From Antedon mediterranea (taxonomy: Eukaryota > Animalia > Echinodermata), in NCBI RefSeq assembly GCF_964355755.1, contig NC_092678.1, forward strand, positions 1,194,422 through 1,258,421: a stretch of 64,000 nucleotides of DNA, written 5' to 3'. Below the pieces are notes generated by a model. The model worked only from the letters and a program-made list of their open reading frames with translations, searched no databases and was not told the DNA's origin. Position 1 is the stretch's first letter. The number at the start of each line of letters is the position of its first letter. A program made the position numbers and the translations under genes. Positions 62,601 through 64,000 of the stretch are shown piece after piece.

Positions 62601-63600
62601 ACCAAGCAAAGATTTAAGAATCTTTAAAGATTAGGTAAAGACATTGCATAGATAAATAATATTTGATTTAATATTTCAAATTCATTTCTGGTCATGTCAA
62701 TAGAGCAGTGACTGAACCACAAGGACAAGATCATTACATTGAATAATCCAAAGGAATGTGCAGCCAGCCTAATGTTGCAGGAGTGTGCAGCCAGCCTAAT
62801 GCTGCAGGCGTGTGAAGCCTGCCTAATGCTGCAGGAGTGTGAATCCAGCCTAATGTGACTGAACCACAAGGAAAGTTTGAAATCATTACATTGAATGATC
62901 AAAGGAAGCCAGCCTAATGCTACAAGAGTGTGAATCCAGCCTAATGCTACAGGAGTGTGAAGCCAGCCTAATGCTGCAGGAGTGTGAATCCAGCGTAATG
63001 CTGCAGGAGTGTGCAGCTAGCCTAATGCTGCAGGAGTGTGAATCCAGCTAATGCTGCAGGAGTGTGAAGCCAGCCTAATGCTGCAGGAGTGTGCAGCTAG
63101 CCTAATGCTGCAGGCGTGTGAAGCCAGCCTAATGCTGCAGGAGTGTGAATCCAGCTTAATTTGACTGAATCACAAGGAAAGTTCGAGATCATTACATTGA
63201 ATAATCAAAAAGATGCAGGAGTGTGAAGCCAGCTTTTGACCACACATGCAAATGGTGTATGAAGCCAGCCTGAAAGCACCAAAGTTCTAGGTGATAGGAC
63301 TACAAAAAGAGTGACGTTTGAGCACAGGTGAAACAATATCACCATTATGTCTTATAACCAAGCAAAGGTTTAAGAATTTTTAAAGATTAGGTAAAGACAT
63401 ATAGCATTGAAATAATAAAAGGTAAATAATATTTGATTTAATATTTTGAATTCATTCTATAGACTTCAATTTATTAGGTTTCTGGTGTGAACCATAAGGA
63501 AATGACGAGAATGATCACTACACTGAATGATCAAAAAGCTGCAGGAGTGTGCAGCCAGCCTAATGCTGCAGGAGTGTGCAGCTAGCCTAATGATTCAGCA
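59610..63600. repeat. Mosaic local tandem duplications (~1.08-kb unit plus sub-blocks)
   Basis: 59700-60725 repeated at 60785-61800; AAGATTGTTTTTAA..CTAG..CTGCATATAA block recurs six times. Confidence 0.85.
62755..63155. repeat. 27-bp minisatellite
   Basis: Unit CCTAATGCTGCAGGAGTGTG(C/A)A(G/T)CCAG; further units at 63215 and 63540-63592. Confidence 0.9.
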
Positions 63601-64000
63601 GGCCAAGCTGCCACGATTTGACAACACATTGGCCCATGCAAAAAAAAGATAGTGGCAGGTCAAGATGCCACATTTTGACCACATACAAACAGTATGTGAA
63701 GCCAGCATACTTGGGTTTAGGGTCAGGTCTTGTTACAGATCCAATATCTTAAAAACCTGTTATGACAGAAAAGTAGTGTTTGTAAAACTGCCATAGACAC
63801 AGAGGGTAAAGTTTTCTAGTTGTAGTACTACACGTTACTGAAAATGCAATCTAGTCAAAATACATATATAAATAAATGGAATTAGCTATTGTAACAAATT
63901 GCAATATTATGGTTCGTTATGGTCAGATGTTTTGTCCTGGTTTGTTATACTGTAGTATATTTTACTGTATGATATTTTACTAATAAATAACAGAATCTAT

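Overview
AT-rich eukaryotic (metazoan) genomic DNA. The AGGCCTA-rich low-complexity tracts suggest an echinoderm-like invertebrate, but that is only an inference. There is one intact 12-exon gene on the + strand (355-6639, 916 aa by my splice reconstruction). It encodes an Ariadne-type RBR E3 ubiquitin ligase with a long unexplained N-terminus and two atypical residues (IBR Cys->Phe; RING2 GGCNM instead of GGCNH). The rest is a repeat-dense, heterochromatin-like landscape. It holds a 4-kb 42/44-bp satellite with a 436-bp higher-order repeat and an inverted sister array about 16 kb away, a CR1-like LINE with a tRNA-like module in its 3' UTR, and a decayed Gypsy (Mag-like) element. It also holds a palindromic 21-bp array nested in a 12-copy array of 158-bp tRNA-derived Pol III-promoter units that fold in a non-tRNA way, 51-bp and 339-bp satellites, and several non-autonomous DNA transposons with readable TIR/TSD. 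A minimal Penelope-type hammerhead ribozyme with an A3-U8 core lies at 40515-40557. A 15-kb minus-strand mosaic of intron-containing SPT6 and plexin pseudogene fragments, joined inside exons, spans 41.3-55.9 kb. Most ORFs in the supplied track are repeat artefacts. I found no CRISPR, rRNA or functional tRNA. All family assignments come from motif recognition by eye; no searches were run.
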